Positions 1 through 12,054 of a DNA stretch of 64,000 nucleotides are shown piece by piece. A model generated the notes under the pieces. The model saw only the letters and a program-made list of their open reading frames with translations, did no database searches and was not told the DNA's origin. Position numbers and translations under genes: made by a program. Each line of letters opens with the position of its first letter. Position 1 is the stretch's first letter. The DNA is from Chiloscyllium plagiosum (Eukaryota): positions 97,761,300 to 97,825,299 of the forward strand of contig NC_057718.1 in NCBI RefSeq assembly GCF_004010195.1, written 5' to 3'.

Positions 1-1415
1 TGCTTTAAAGTGCAGAACCATTATAAGAAATGTGAGGATAAGATCTGTTATCAAGAGCTCACAAAGAGTTGCATGGTATTGGTGTCATCCTTAATCAGCA
101 TAAGGCATCTCGCACCACTAGAGGGAATTTAAATGTCTGTAATGGTCATTGAAATAGGAGAAAGTGGATCAAAGTTTTATCAGTCATTCCCAATTGTAAC
201 ACTCAAGTCTGCCAATCTGTTATCGAAGTTGTCAGTGGAACAAACTCCAAGAAAGATAAAAGGGACCGTTTGACAGTGCAAAGTACCTCCCCCACAGGGA
301 GTCACACACATTGGCGACGTAGGAGTCTGTGTCAATATGCCTTGTGTTCATTACAAAGGACCAGGCTGCAATTACATTGAGGAAGAAGGCATGAACAAAT
401 CAGCCACGTAAATCTATTCCCCATGTTTGTTTAACATAAGTCGACAAATATATACAAGCCTTGACCTCCCATTCAGAGTACTTAATAATCCTCTGGAATT
501 TTGTCATGCATCTATGTAGGAGTGTGTTTTACAGCAACAACCTCTGGCTGAATCTTCCATGCTGAAACACTTAAAGGGCTTCAGACCCACAATATAAGGA
601 GCAGAATCTATGTGCAGTGTGCGTGTCATTATATACATAAATACTCTCATCTGTAAGCTAAAGGATGACTATTCCAAATTTTCAATACTGTATGCTGCAC
701 AAGATGCAGTTAACAGGAGGAAGCGTCTGGTACAAAAGCCTTGCTGTGCAAAGACTTTTCAGTTCCTTCAAAAGGGGAATCATTGGCATGAATACAATGG
801 ACAAAAGTGAATTCAGAGAACTCCAAAACCACAGCAGCCAGTGTTCTGCCCATTTCACCTCATTCTTTCATTTCCTTACTGACTGTTCCCTTTGGTTATG
901 TGCAAAATCACGATGAACTTTGCAGGAACCAGACTTTTTTTGGTGGATGTTGTTAGGCTTGTTGTTTAGGTTTAGCATCACTTGAAAGTATGGATATTTC
1001 CTAAACAACCTCTGAACAAATGGGATTGAACTAGGCCTCCTGGTTCACAGGCAAGGATGCTACCACTGTACCGCAAGAGCCCTTGAGCTGATCACGTTGC
1101 AGTGAGGGTAACAGGGCATCTGGGATCTTGGTCAGCAATAAGATGAAACACCATGGACTGAGAAGGAGGATGAACCAAAGGAGATGCCAATCAGTTATAG
1201 AGAAAGAAATAAAGGGAGGAGAAGAAAGATTGGATTGCAAGAGAGTGAAGGAAGAAAAGCAAAATTAAGAAAATGTAATTAAAAGTTTTAAAATCTGCAA
1301 CATCCTGAAGGATTGCAACATCCACTTTGATAGTTGCTCACCATGTTTGTTAGATATATTGCAGATACATGCACCATCTCTGTTGTTCTAGCACTGTGCT
1401 GTGTGGTTGCACATA

Positions 1416-1610
1416 CAGGTCTTCTGCTATAACGTGTTTTGTTAACGCAAATTTGCCGCAACACAATTGATTAATTGAGGCCACTGGTCCTACAGCGCGG
1501 CCACTTGAAGCGTGTTGGCTGTAACACAATTACATCGCCAACACTTTAAGTTCTGATCTGAAGCGCAGTTTGGCAAGAATGCAACCAGCACATTATAGAA
1601 GATCTACCTG
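1416..1610. mobile_element. Tc1/mariner-pogo (Tigger-like) MITE
   Basis: TA|CAGGT(CT)TCTGCTATAACGTG ... CACATTATAGAAGATCTACCTG|TA: imperfect TIRs with TA on both sides, no coding capacity. Confidence 0.65.
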
Positions 1611-2204
1611 TACCTACCCTTTCACATTGACAACTCACTATCTCCTACAGCCGCAGGCTACAGCCTTGCCTTCTGCACTGAAGTGCCCCTTGTGAGACTG
1701 TAGCTGCTGCCCATCTTGAGGGAGCTGCTACTCCATTTATATTTCTCATTCAACCCCACATTCTCAAACTTCGGCGAGCTGCTTCTGGGGAGTGGGAGGC
1801 TGAACACGGAGAGAAAAATTGGACAAACCATTCGTGACTGTGCTCCTGATCAAAGTGACCATACCCAGCTCCAGGCAGTGAGGGGTCATCCAGCCTGAGC
1901 TATGTTCATATGTAGATGTTTTGGAAAAGGAGTGTTTCTTATCCAGGCGCACGTGATGTGTTCCAAGACTGGTGGGCACCACCAGGTCTAGATAATCTCC
2001 AACAGGATAATATTTTAATTAAAGTTTTGTACATTTAATTTTTGTGAGAGTGTCCCTGAAGAGGCTGTTACCCTTTAATTTACTTTAATGAGGTTCAGCT
2101 TGGTTCAATTTGTTTTAACTGGTTTTGAAAGATCACCTCGCGATATCGTATTTTGACCCAATCTCACAAAGTAATGAATGGGAATGCATGGGTGCCTGAA
2201 TTTT

Positions 2205-2565
2205 CCTTAATTCATCCATGGGATGTGGGCTGCACTGTCAAGACCAGCATTGATTGCTCTCTCCGAATTGCCCAGAGGGCGATTGAGAGTTAACCACATC
2301 GCAGTGGGTCTAGAGTCACACGTAGGCCAGACCAGGGTAAGGATGGCAGATTATTCCCAACAGGACACTGGTGAATCAGATGGGTTTTTCCTGACAATCA
2401 GCAATGGATTCATGGTCAGTGTTAAACTCTTAATTCAAGTTTTGTTTTTATTGAATTTGAATGCCACCATCTGCCGTGGCGGGATTTGAACCCAGGTCCC
2501 TAGAATGTTAACTGATGTCTAGGTTAACAGTCCTGAGATAGTACCATGAGGCTGTAGCCTCCCCA
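2205..2565 (-). mobile_element. tRNA-headed SINE (family 2; related copies at about 17480-17700, 25240-25385, 27680-28220, 29300-29650, 45960-46205)
   Basis: Shared body between copies (AAACCCATCTGGTTCAC...GGAAATCTGCC...GTGACTCCAGACCCACAGC...GGGCAAT-like); tail resembles that of the YKAQVRS-type LINE fragments. Confidence 0.65.
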
Positions 2566-2741
2566 GTGGATATCATCTTATGATCACTCAGATCAGCAAG
2601 TCAAAGGAGCAAGTTGCATTTGCTAAAAACCTTATTTTTTCTATTCGCGTTGACTCATAGTTATTAGGATTCCAAACCATTCCGTTATATCCTCATGCAC
2701 AGGTAAAAGCTGCTTGGACAGAAATTTCCTCTTATTTGCCC

Positions 2742-2995
2742 ATGGACGTGGACATCATTGGCTGGGCCAACATTTATTGTTCATCCCTAGTTACCCCAAG
2801 AAGGGAGCTGTCTTCTTGAATCACTGCAATCCATTTGCCATAGATAGACTCACAATGCCCTTGAGCAGGGAATTCTAAGATTTTGACCCAGCGACACTGA
2901 AGGAACGTTGACATATTTCCATGTCAGGATGATGAGTAGCTTGGAGGGGAACATACACGTGACGATGGTTTCCCCACTCTGCTACTGTGATAGGT
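2742..2995 (-). mobile_element. LINE 3' fragment, CR1/L2 superfamily
   Basis: Homologous by eye to the 3' ends at 35525-35935, 46570-47165, 50150-50618 and 62368-63020. Confidence 0.55.
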
Positions 2996-3262
2996 TTGGG
3001 GTTGTTCCCTCCTGGAAACTGCTTCATGCCAAAACCACGTGGACACTTCCTGGGGTCATCGTACATGACAGCAGGATGACTATTGTACAGAAGGTGGGCT
3101 ATGTCAGGGTATAAGGTAATACGATAGTAGTAAAGGGGACCAAGCTCCCGTGATGTTGGTGACAAGGAGCTTTTATCTCAAGCCACACAGCAATGCAGGT
3201 TCACACTGAGCATGTGTTGCTTGGGGCATTGGCCAGGGTGAGATTAAGTTTCTTGAGGACAT

Positions 3263-3386
3263 CTCAGGGCTTTTGCCCGAAACATCGATTTTCCTGATCC
3301 TCAAATGCTGCTTGACCTGCTGTGCTTTTCCAGCACCACTCTAATCTAGACTCTGGTTTCCAGCATCTGCAGTTCTCACTTTTGCC
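3263..3386 (+). mobile_element. Penelope-like pLTR fragment, family B, with 5'-truncated hammerhead motif
   Basis: GGGC-TTTT-GCCC-GAAACATC...; perfect 13-bp TSD TTCTTGAGGACAT at 3250-3262 and 3387-3399. Confidence 0.85.
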
Positions 3387-3699
3387 TTCTTGAGGACATT
3401 GCCTGAAACGTAAGTATGTTAGGGACGAAGTCCTGTACTGAGACTGTTTGCTTTCATTTACTGTTTTCTCAGTTTTTCTAAAAGGAAAAGGACCCTGGCA
3501 GAGATGTACCTATCAACTCTTCTCGTGATCCAACCACTGTGAAGTAACCAGTACAGAAGAGACAGAGAGAACAGCAGCAGCTGCTACACTGGCAGATGTC
3601 CAACTAGTGAGGATAAAGTGCTGGGCGGGGTGGAAGGGTCAATGCAGTCGGACAGAAGCCAGCATGTGGAATGAGAGATGTTGCTCATTGCAGGATCTA

Positions 3700-3955
3700 T
3701 AGGCTAAGGTGTAATATCCACTGATGAATAAGACCCAATGTCAAAAGATGGCTCAGAACATCCTGTGCCATCATGCCACACCTGTGCCAGCTGCTGGATG
3801 AGGACTTGTGATCACAAGAGCAGAGTGGCAATGCCATCCTGGTAAACCTAAAGGTTACAGCTGCTTTTTGCCAGTCCAACATTTTAGGGAGCTACCTTGA
3901 TGTTATTTCACAGTCCTCAATACATAAGCACATCCAAGATGTCACTGATGCTGAC
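3700..3955 (+). pseudogene. Degenerate Harbinger (HARBI1-like) transposase fragment
   Basis: Manual translation RWLRTSCAIMPHLCQLLDEDL*SQEQSGNAILVNLKVTAA...ISQSSIHKHIQDVTDA resembles the N-terminal region of Harbinger DDE transposases; contains an internal stop. Confidence 0.55.
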
Positions 3956-5329
3956 TTCACCAGTCTTCATCGATTCAGCTCCTTCCCCCATGATGCAGGG
4001 AGTTTGATCTGAAAGTTGAAGGAAGGCTAACTTTGATGGTATTGGGCAAGAACTTTCAAAAGCTGATTGGGGGGCAAATGTTCACAGGTAAAGGGACAGG
4101 AGGGGCAGTAGGAGCAAGAGGAAGCCTCTGAGGGTCTGTTTCCTTGCTGTACGACCCTATTATTATGACTCAATGATCATTACCTGGTTCAGGTGAGAAA
4201 TGTATACTATTCACTGGGCCAGGGTATTTGGGTGAAACAGACCCTGAGGGATGCTAAACGGGATGCTGTATCTGGTGGGGGCATCATGCTGGAGGAGACT
4301 GGTTTGGCTGAGGATAACATTGAATACTAGGCTAATGAGACTAAGGGGATGTTACTGATTTGGTAGAAAAGATGTGAAGAAAGGTGAGACAATGGGATGG
4401 GCACATTCAAAGGGCACTATGAACCACAGAGGGGGTAAATCTCAGATCGAGGAGAAAAGAAGGCACATTGGAAACACTATGATAGAACATACTGCATAGC
4501 CCACTGAGTATTCCCACTGTCTTCCATATCTATTTCTTTAGGAGTGGGTGGACACCCAAGGAAGTATCTGCATTGGCTTCAAATGAGTTACAACAATCAT
4601 TGGGAAGTTGGATTGCTTGTGAACAACCTTTTTCTTAAACAGGATTGTGACATGATTTGCAGACTATAGACATCAAGCTGATCAATGCATAGAACACAGG
4701 CCCCCTTCATTTCCCACTCAATAAAGCAATTATAAGATGCAATAGCAGCTAACATTAAGCTCATTGCTTTAATTAAAGAAGAATACGTAGGAGGAAACTA
4801 ATTGCTGTATGACACATGATAAGAGATACTGCTTTAACTATCTCCGGCCTCGGAAGAGATGTTTCTGCTTGTCAAACACAGTAGCATCATACAACACGGA
4901 ACGAGTCCATTCGGCCTATTGAATCCATTCCAGTTCTCAGAGCAACAATTCAGTCAGTCACAATGCAATGCGTTTTTTCTCTATGTCACCCCACAGCTCT
5001 ATTTCCTTCAAGTGGCCAACCATTTACTTCCCATAATCATTGATTGTCTCTAGTTCCACCAACCTCTCCCATAGCAAAATCCAGGTACTGACATTGTCCA
5101 AGTTCATTGTCCAAGTGGTTGCTTATATCATCCTGTAGTCCTAGCCATTCAGCAACATCATTGTAATTAGTTTCAAAATACTGTTCACAATGGCTCGATG
5201 CTTCCCATTTTTGGTCAGGCTGATATGAAACTCAAAATTGCCAACTTCCCTTTGGTGCAGATGTCTATAACAGGGACCTTCCCTGCTGGAGGACTATAGT
5301 TAACACTCTCCGATCCTGCCATTCTTTCT

Positions 5330-5920
5330 CCAAGTGCTCAGCTATTAAAGCTTTTTTAATGGACTCTAACATTTCCCTCATTGACATTGTCAAGCTGAAT
5401 CGTCTATGGTACCAGGTTTTCTCTCTGCCTCCATTTTTACATTGAGAGAGATGACATTAGTAATCCTCCAGTCTTTAGGAATTGTTCCAAAGACTATAGA
5501 ATCTTGGAAGATGACCACCAATGCATTTATGTGGTCATTTCTGTAAATACACAGGCATTGGAGTATTATGTTCTGGGGACTTACCAACTTTCAACTTCAT
5601 CAATTTTACCAACACCATTTCCTAATTAATACTGATTTCCATCAGTTCCTCACTTTCACTAATCCCTGTGTTCCCCAACATTTCTGGTATGATATTTGTG
5701 CCCTCCTTTGTGGACACAGACCCAGAGAATATTTTTCGTTGATCAGCTTTTTTTTGTAAACTCCCCTGCTCCTGGTTATAAAGGAGTTACAATTTTTCTT
5801 CACCAATCTTTTTTCTCTTCACAGGCCTGTAAATTTTACAGTCAATTTTTATGTTCCCCACAAGCCGACACTATTTTTTCTTCTTTTCAATCAATACTTT
5901 TGTCCTCCCATAGCCCATGA
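5330..5920 (-). mobile_element. CR1 LINE ORF2 fragment (degenerate)
   Basis: ORF 5390-5587: ALVVIFQDSIVFGTIPKDWRITNVI...RKPG, the CR1 RT N-terminal motif. Confidence 0.8.
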
Positions 5921-6035
5921 TTTAGCAAGGCCACTGCCACCTGAAATTTACTTGAGATTGTTTCAAAGAAGCTTGTACATTTAGCAGAGGATCTATGGAG
6001 TCTCCACTACTGCAATATAATGAGACTGGAAATAG

Positions 6036-6321
6036 TTAAAAATCACACAACACCAGGTTATAGTCCAAAGGGTTTATTTGGAAGCACTAGCTTTCAGAGC
6101 GCTGCTCCTTCATCAAGTTGTTGTGACCTGGTGTTGCGCGATCTTTAGGGCTCATGCCCGAAACGTTGATTCTCCTGCTCCTTGAAGGGCTCATGCCCGA
6201 AACGTCGATTCTCCTGCTCCTTCGATGCTGCCTGACCTGCAGCGCTTTTCCAGCAACACATTTTCAGCTTGTGCGACCTTTAACTTTGTAGACCCCAGTC
6301 CAATACTGGCATCTCCAAATC
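6036..6321. mobile_element. Penelope-type fold-back element (family A) with a nested family B insertion at 6148-6268
   Basis: Matches the family A copies at 13743, 43826 and 63338; insert flanked by TTGCGCGATCTTTA (6134-6147) and TTGTGCGACCTTTA (6269-6282). Confidence 0.8.
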
Positions 6322-6541
6322 TAGACTGTCAATGACAGCGAGAAGGACATATATATTGCAATGTAACAGTGATGATGGCAATCATGTGTAAGAGTCTATA
6401 AGGAGAGGATTGAATATTCTATCTTAGTGAGAATTGTGCTGACACAGAACAGTACAAAAATGTAAGTAAAAATGTTGCAGAAACCTCCAAATGTCAGAAA
6501 GTAGTTATACGTAGCTAAGTGAAAATCATTACTGCCTATAT

Positions 6542-6891
6542 GGGCGGCACGGTGGCACAGTGGTTAGCACTGCTGCTTCACAGCGCCAGAGACCCGGGTT
6601 CAATTCCCGCCTCAGGCGACTCTCTGTGTGGAGTTTGCACATTCTCCCTGTGTCTGCGTGGGTTTCCTCCGGGTGCTCCGGTTTCCTCCCACAATCCAAA
6701 AATGTGCAGGGGTTAGGTGAATTGGCCATGCTAAATTGCCCGTAGTGTTAGGTGAAGGGGTAAATGTAGGAGAATGGGTCTGGGTGGGTTACGCTTCGGC
6801 GGGTCGGTGTGGACTTGTTGGGCCAAAGAGCCTGTTTCCACACTGTAAGTAATCTAATCTAAAGTAATCTAATCTAATCTAATCTAATCTA
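6542..6891 (+). mobile_element. HE1-type shark SINE, full length
   Basis: tRNA-like head with A box TGGCACAGTGG and B box GGTTCAATTCC, conserved body, CR1-like tail, (AATCT)n. Confidence 0.9.
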
Positions 6892-7202
6892 AAAACTTCG
6901 AGAAGTGGCAAGGCTACCCATCTGTCCAAAGTGCAGAATTGAATTCTTTGATACAAATGGATGGCAATACAAATTAACCATCAGAATTGAGCATTTCCTC
7001 CTAATGGTCACCAACATTACATCAGACGAAGTTGAAAGGTGATTACAGCATGTCTTGTTCCTTAGCAGAAACATCCTTGTCTCGTTGACCATAATGTTGC
7101 CCACCACAAAGACATAACGATGTTTGGGATTTTAGTGCAGATTTGCAGTCACATTAATATTTTGAAGATTTGTACACAACGCACATCTGTTCAATTATAA
7201 TC

Positions 7203-7815
7203 AAATCAGAAAGTGCTGGACAAACTCAGCAGGTCTGGGGGCATCTGTGAAGAGAAATCAGAGCTCATGTTTCAGATTCGGTGACCTTCCTTAGAACTGA
7301 TGGTGAGATAACAAGGCCTGGATGTGTGGGGAAGGGGGTAAGGGCATGGGAGAGTTCAGGCCCTAAAGTTTTTGAACTCTATAATGAGTCCAGAGGGTTG
7401 CAGGGTCCCCAAGTGGGAAATGAGGTGCTGTTTTTCCAACTGGAGCACTGCAGCAAACCTGAGACAGAGATGTTGGCCAGGGAACATGGTGGTGTGTTGA
7501 AGCGGCAGGCAACTGGAAGCTCAGGGTCTTTTTTTGCGGGCAGAACGTGGGTGTTCCGTGAATCAGTCACCCAGTCTAAGCTTTGTTTCCCCATTGTAGA
7601 GGAGACCACATTGTGAGCAGCAAATGCAGGAGACTGGATTGTGGGAAGTGCATGTAAAGTGCTGCTCCAACTGGAAGGTGTTTGGACACTTGGATATTGA
7701 GGAGGGAGGAGGTAAATGGGCAGGTGTTATACCTTTGGCGGTTGCAGAGGAAGGGCCGTGGATTTCTGAAGGGATATTGGGAGTGACGGAAGAGTAGACC
7801 AGGTTGTCCAGGTTA
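7203..7815 (-). mobile_element. Penelope-like element: GIY-YIG endonuclease remnant plus pLTR (family C)
   Basis: Translation FTCTSHNPVSCICCSQCGLLYNGETKLRLGD...DPELPVACRFN...LANISVSGLLQC matches the PLE GIY-YIG domain with a preceding Cys motif. Confidence 0.85.
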
Positions 7816-7824
7816 TGGCCACAA

Positions 7825-8385
7825 AAAAAGAACCCGAGCTTCCAGTTGCCAGCCACTCTAACACATCACCGTGTTCCCTGGCCAACATCTCTGTCTCAGG
7901 TTTGCTGTAATGCTCCAGCAAAGCTCAGGGCAAGCTGGAAGAACAGCACCTCATTTTCCACTTGGGGACCCTGCAGCCCTCCAGACTCAATATCAAGTTC
8001 AATAATTTTAATGCCTGAAGTCTCCTATGCCATAGCTCCATACCCCACACACCAGGCCTTTTGATCACGTACTCTGCTATTACACACTACCTATTGTTGG
8101 CCACTATCAGTCTCCATTAATAGCTATTCACTCTCCTAGCCAGATGATTATCTACTCCTTTGTCTGTCCAACTGTTTCTACTAAAGTTTACTCCTTACCC
8201 ACTCTCCCCACCCTATCTTCTGCATATAAACCAACATCTTCCTTGCTACAATCAGTTCTGAGGAAAGGTCACCAGACCTGAAATGTTAACTTTGATTTCT
8301 CTTCGCAGATGCTGCCAGACCTGTTGGGCAGCAACTTCTGTTTTTGTTTCTGATTTACAGCATCTACAGCTCTTTTGGTTTGTAT
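7825..8385 (+). mobile_element. Penelope-like element 3' end (GIY-YIG C-terminus plus pLTR with hammerhead motif); inverted partner of 7203-7815
   Basis: 7825-8010 is the reverse complement of about 7355-7535; CTGAGGA-A-AGGTC-ACCA-GACCT-GAAA at 8258-8283. Confidence 0.85.
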
Positions 8386-8405
8386 TTGATACAGTCAATG
8401 CTTCC

Positions 8406-10120
8406 TGTAGGACTGTAATAAGGTCAGACAGGTGGGCATCATAGGAATCTGAGTTCCCTGATTGGGGCTGTCCTCCCTCTTTCCCTCAGGGATCTGGGGT
8501 GGAAGGTGCTGCACGCAGCGGTCCCCTGCAACCGCAAATTGCGGTGGTTCACGGACTCCCAGCCCAACTGCTTGTTCTGTGGCGCTGTGGAGTCCGTGGA
8601 CCACGTGTATATTGGGTGTGAGCATTTGCACTCCCTTTTTGATTTTCTTAAAAACCTCCTCCTCTGCTTTTGGTTGCACTTCAGTCCCACGCTCCTATCT
8701 TCGGGAACCCGGTACGGAGGAAGGAGGGCAGGTCTGAAGACCTCCTTGTGGGTCAGCTGCTGGGCCTGGCCAAACTGGCCATAAACAGGTCTAGGGAGCG
8801 GGCTGTGGAGGGGGTCGTTAGGGCTGACTGCCTGCCCCTCTTCTGCGGTTACGTTAGAGCTCAGGTGTCCTTGGGGAAGGAGCACGCGGTCTCCACCAAC
8901 ACCCTGGAGTCATTCAGGGAGAGGTGGGTGCCGCAGGGAGTGGAGTGCATTATTTCCCCCTCCAACTCTATTTTGATTTAGTCCCTGCCCTCCCCTTCAC
9001 TGTTTGATCACACAGCATTGCCCTTTGATGTGAAGGGCACGGCTTGTCACTGGCCACTCAGGTGTTTCCTTTCTTCCTGGTGGTGGAAACTGAATAAAGA
9101 TTTTACACCTTGTGTCTCTCACTGTGTCTCACACCTGCACACACACAACATGGATGCTGGGGGAAATATAAGCACTACCGCAGTATGGGTGTGGGCGCTT
9201 AAACTCCCTTTTTGATTTCCTCAAAAACCTCCTTTCCTGTTTTTGGTTGCACTTCAGTCCCACACTCCTGATCTTCGGACACCTGGTACGGAGGAAAGAG
9301 GGCAGGTCTGAAGACCTCCTCGTGGGTCTGCTCCTGGGCCTGGCCAAACTGGCCATAAACAGGTCCAGGCAGCGGGCCGTGGAGGTGGTCATGAGGGCCA
9401 AATGCCTGCCCCTCTTCCGCGGTTACGTTAGAGCCCGGGTGTCTCTGGAGAAGGAGCACACGGTGTCCACCAACACCTTTGAGCTGTTCAGGAAGAGGTG
9501 GGCGTCGCAGGGAGTGGAGAGCATTATTTCTCCCTCCAACTCTATTTTGATTTAACCCCTGCCCTCCCCTTCACTGTTTGATCACACAACATTGCCCTTT
9601 GATGTGAAGGGCACGGCTTGTCACAGGCCACTCGGGTGTTTCCTTTCTTCCTGGTGGTGGAAACTGAATAAAGATTTGTGCACCTTGTGTCTTTCACTGT
9701 GTCTCATACCTGCACACACACACACAACATGGGTACTGGGGAAAAGATAAGCACTACCGCAGTTAGGCAGTAGTACGGGGGTTAAAAAAAAGAGAAAAAA
9801 AAATTAAAGCCACTCGGGTGTTTCCTTTCTTCCTGGTGGTGGAAACTGAATAAAGATTTGTGCACCTTGTGTCTTTCACTGTGTCTCATACCTGCACACA
9901 CACACAACATGGGTACTGGGGAAAATATAAGCACTACCGCAGTTAGGCAGTAGTATGGGGGTTAAAAAAAAAGAGAAAAAAAAATTAAACAAGAGGTGTC
10001 GGGAGTTCTGCTCACTCTCAAACTGTCTCTCAGCTAGCTGGGCCAGTGTCATGTACAATGTACATGTAAATAATGGGTGCGACTTGGTGACGGGATACAA
10101 GCCTTCGTGGAGTTATTTCA
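8406..10120 (+). mobile_element. Solo LTR (8406-~8471 and ~9986-10120) split by a Tx1 insertion
   Basis: Begins TG(TAGGACTGTAAT), ends (GTTATTT)CA, flanked by a perfect 5-bp TSD CTTCC (8401-8405, 10121-10125). Confidence 0.75.
8472..9985 (+). mobile_element. Tx1/L1-clade LINE 3' end, present as three stacked copies
   Basis: DLGWKVLHAAVPCN...CLFCGAVESVDHVYIGC (zf-RVT CCHC), frameshifted; 3' UTR with AATAAA; A-rich tails at about 9784-9803 and 9964-9984. Confidence 0.88.
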
Positions 10121-10154
10121 CTTCCAGTCCATATAACTCTTCTCCAAAAGTACT

Positions 10155-10283
10155 TATGAGTTCCGAAAAAGAATTATACAGTCTCAAAACATTTTTCTCT
10201 CTCCACAGGTGTGGCTAGACCTACTGAGTTTTTCCAGCACTTTCTATTTTTATTTCATATTTCCAGCATCTGCAGTATTTTAC
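10155..10283 (+). mobile_element. Penelope-like pLTR fragment, family C, degenerate (others at about 18048-18150, 35978-36090, 37690-37870, 45117-45215, 48680-48790)
   Basis: Shared motif CTCTCTCCACAG-TGCTGCCAGACCTGCTGAGTTTCTCCAGCA, as at 8290-8380. Confidence 0.7.
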
Positions 10284-10869
10284 CTGTTCAATTATGGATG
10301 GAGCCCTGGGTTGCCTAGTCATGAGATATAAATGCTAATTTCTTCAAATTTTGATTGGGCCATACAACATCATCAACTTGAACATTTCAAAGTCTCTGCC
10401 TGTGGATCTGGGTTTTTTTTTCAAATCATTGCACGTGTTGAGGGATGATAACTTGTTTTTGAGTAATTTACTGTTCTCATAAGATGTATTTTTATGCAAA
10501 TTAGCAGTAAGTGATTGGATTAGGTATGAGCTGAATATAATCTTCAGTTATTTTGATGCAAATTTCAGGACGCTGTGGCTTGAGTTTTTGACAGCAGGAA
10601 ATGTGAATCTCGAACTAATTTGTGATGCCAAATATTTGTGTCACACTTCCTCGTCCTCACCAGGGAAATCAGCATTAATTCTGTTGTTCTTTCCAATTTG
10701 GTGACAGCTTCTAATCCATTGCTTAACATTGATTTCAAAGAAAAGATCCCTGGTAAGGACTTGTTTAAATGAATCAGCAATTACTAGAAAGTAAGCTCAT
10801 CAATTTCCATTTATAACTCAGGGTCGTGGATCAAGAGAAGCAATTATTCAGCGCAGAATTAAAAGTCTT

Positions 10870-11885
10870 TATCAGTCAAGGCATAGATTATAAGGAGAGG
10901 GGGGTCATGGTGGAGCTGTGTAGGACTTTGATTAGGCAACAGATGGACTATTGTGTTCAGTTCTGGTCACCACGTGAGAGGAAGGATTTTTGATTTGATT
11001 TATTATGTACCAAGATACAGTGAAAAGTACTGTTTTGTGTGCAAACCAGATAAATCATACCTTGCATAAATACATCAGGGTAATAGAACAGAATACAGAA
11101 TATAGCATTACAACTCCAGAGAAGGTGCAGAGAAAGATCAACTCTAATATATGACAGGTCCATTCTGAAGTCTGATAACAGCGGTGAAGAAGCTGTTTTT
11201 GAATCTGTTGGTTCATGTTTTCAAATATTTGTATCTTCTGCCCGATGAAAGACGGTGAAAGTGAGTATGACTGAGCTGGGAGCAGTCTTAGATTGTGCTG
11301 GCTGCTTTCCCAAGGCAGTGGAATGCGTAGAAGTCAATTTCGTGACAGACTGGGCTGTGTTCACAACTCTTTGTCATTTCTTGCGGTTGTGGGCAGAACC
11401 AACCAAGCTGTAATGCATCTAGATAGGATGCTTTCCATGGTGCATCTATAAAACTTGGGAAGCTGTGATTGAACTGGAGGGAGTACAGAGGAAATTCACC
11501 GGGATGTTGCCTGGGGTGGAACCTCGTGGATATGATGAGAGGCTCAATAAGGTCAGGTTGTTTTCTTTGTAGCAGAGAAATTTGAGGGGGAACCTCATAG
11601 AGGTGTATAGGATTGGGGAGGGGCATGGACAAAGTGGATAGAAAGCAGCTTTTCCCCCTCGTTGAAGGGTCAATTGGAACATGGTACATGTTTAAGGTGA
11701 AAGGCAGTAGGTAGAGAGGGGACCAGGTGAAGTAATTTTTCACCCAAACAATCCTATCATCATGGGAAGGTAGTTGAGGCAGGAAAATTGATAACCTTTA
11801 AAAAGCATTCAGAATGAATACTTGAAGTGTCATAATGTCCAAGGCTAGGGGCTAGTACTGGAAACAGGACAAATGTTGAGGGGTA
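10870..11885 (+). mobile_element. CR1 LINE 3' fragment interrupted by a Rex1/Babar fragment
   Basis: YCVQFWSP coding at about 10948-10972; resumes at about 11458 with the GGAAG repeat. Confidence 0.8.
10986..11455 (-). mobile_element. Rex1/Babar LINE 3' fragment
   Basis: Minus strand encodes an SGRRYKYLKT..NRFKNSFFTAVIRL-type C-terminus; (AAATC)n-like tail; homologous to 30678-31110 and 38442-38995. Confidence 0.75.
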
Positions 11886-12054
11886 TAGTCTTTCAGAGGG
11901 AAATAGAAGTGACAGCCAGATCTTGGGCACCAAGAATGAATCTCATGTTAAGTGCAGTTTTTCAAGGTTCAAAAGAGTAAATGTTATAGCGTGCCCTTCC
12001 GTCAGAGGCACAGACAGAGATTCTGCGGCTGTGAGCATGAATTCAGAATGGTAC

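Noticed and set aside
6542..6610. tRNA gene (A and B boxes)
   Set aside because: It continues into the SINE body found in more than ten copies; a SINE head, not a tRNA
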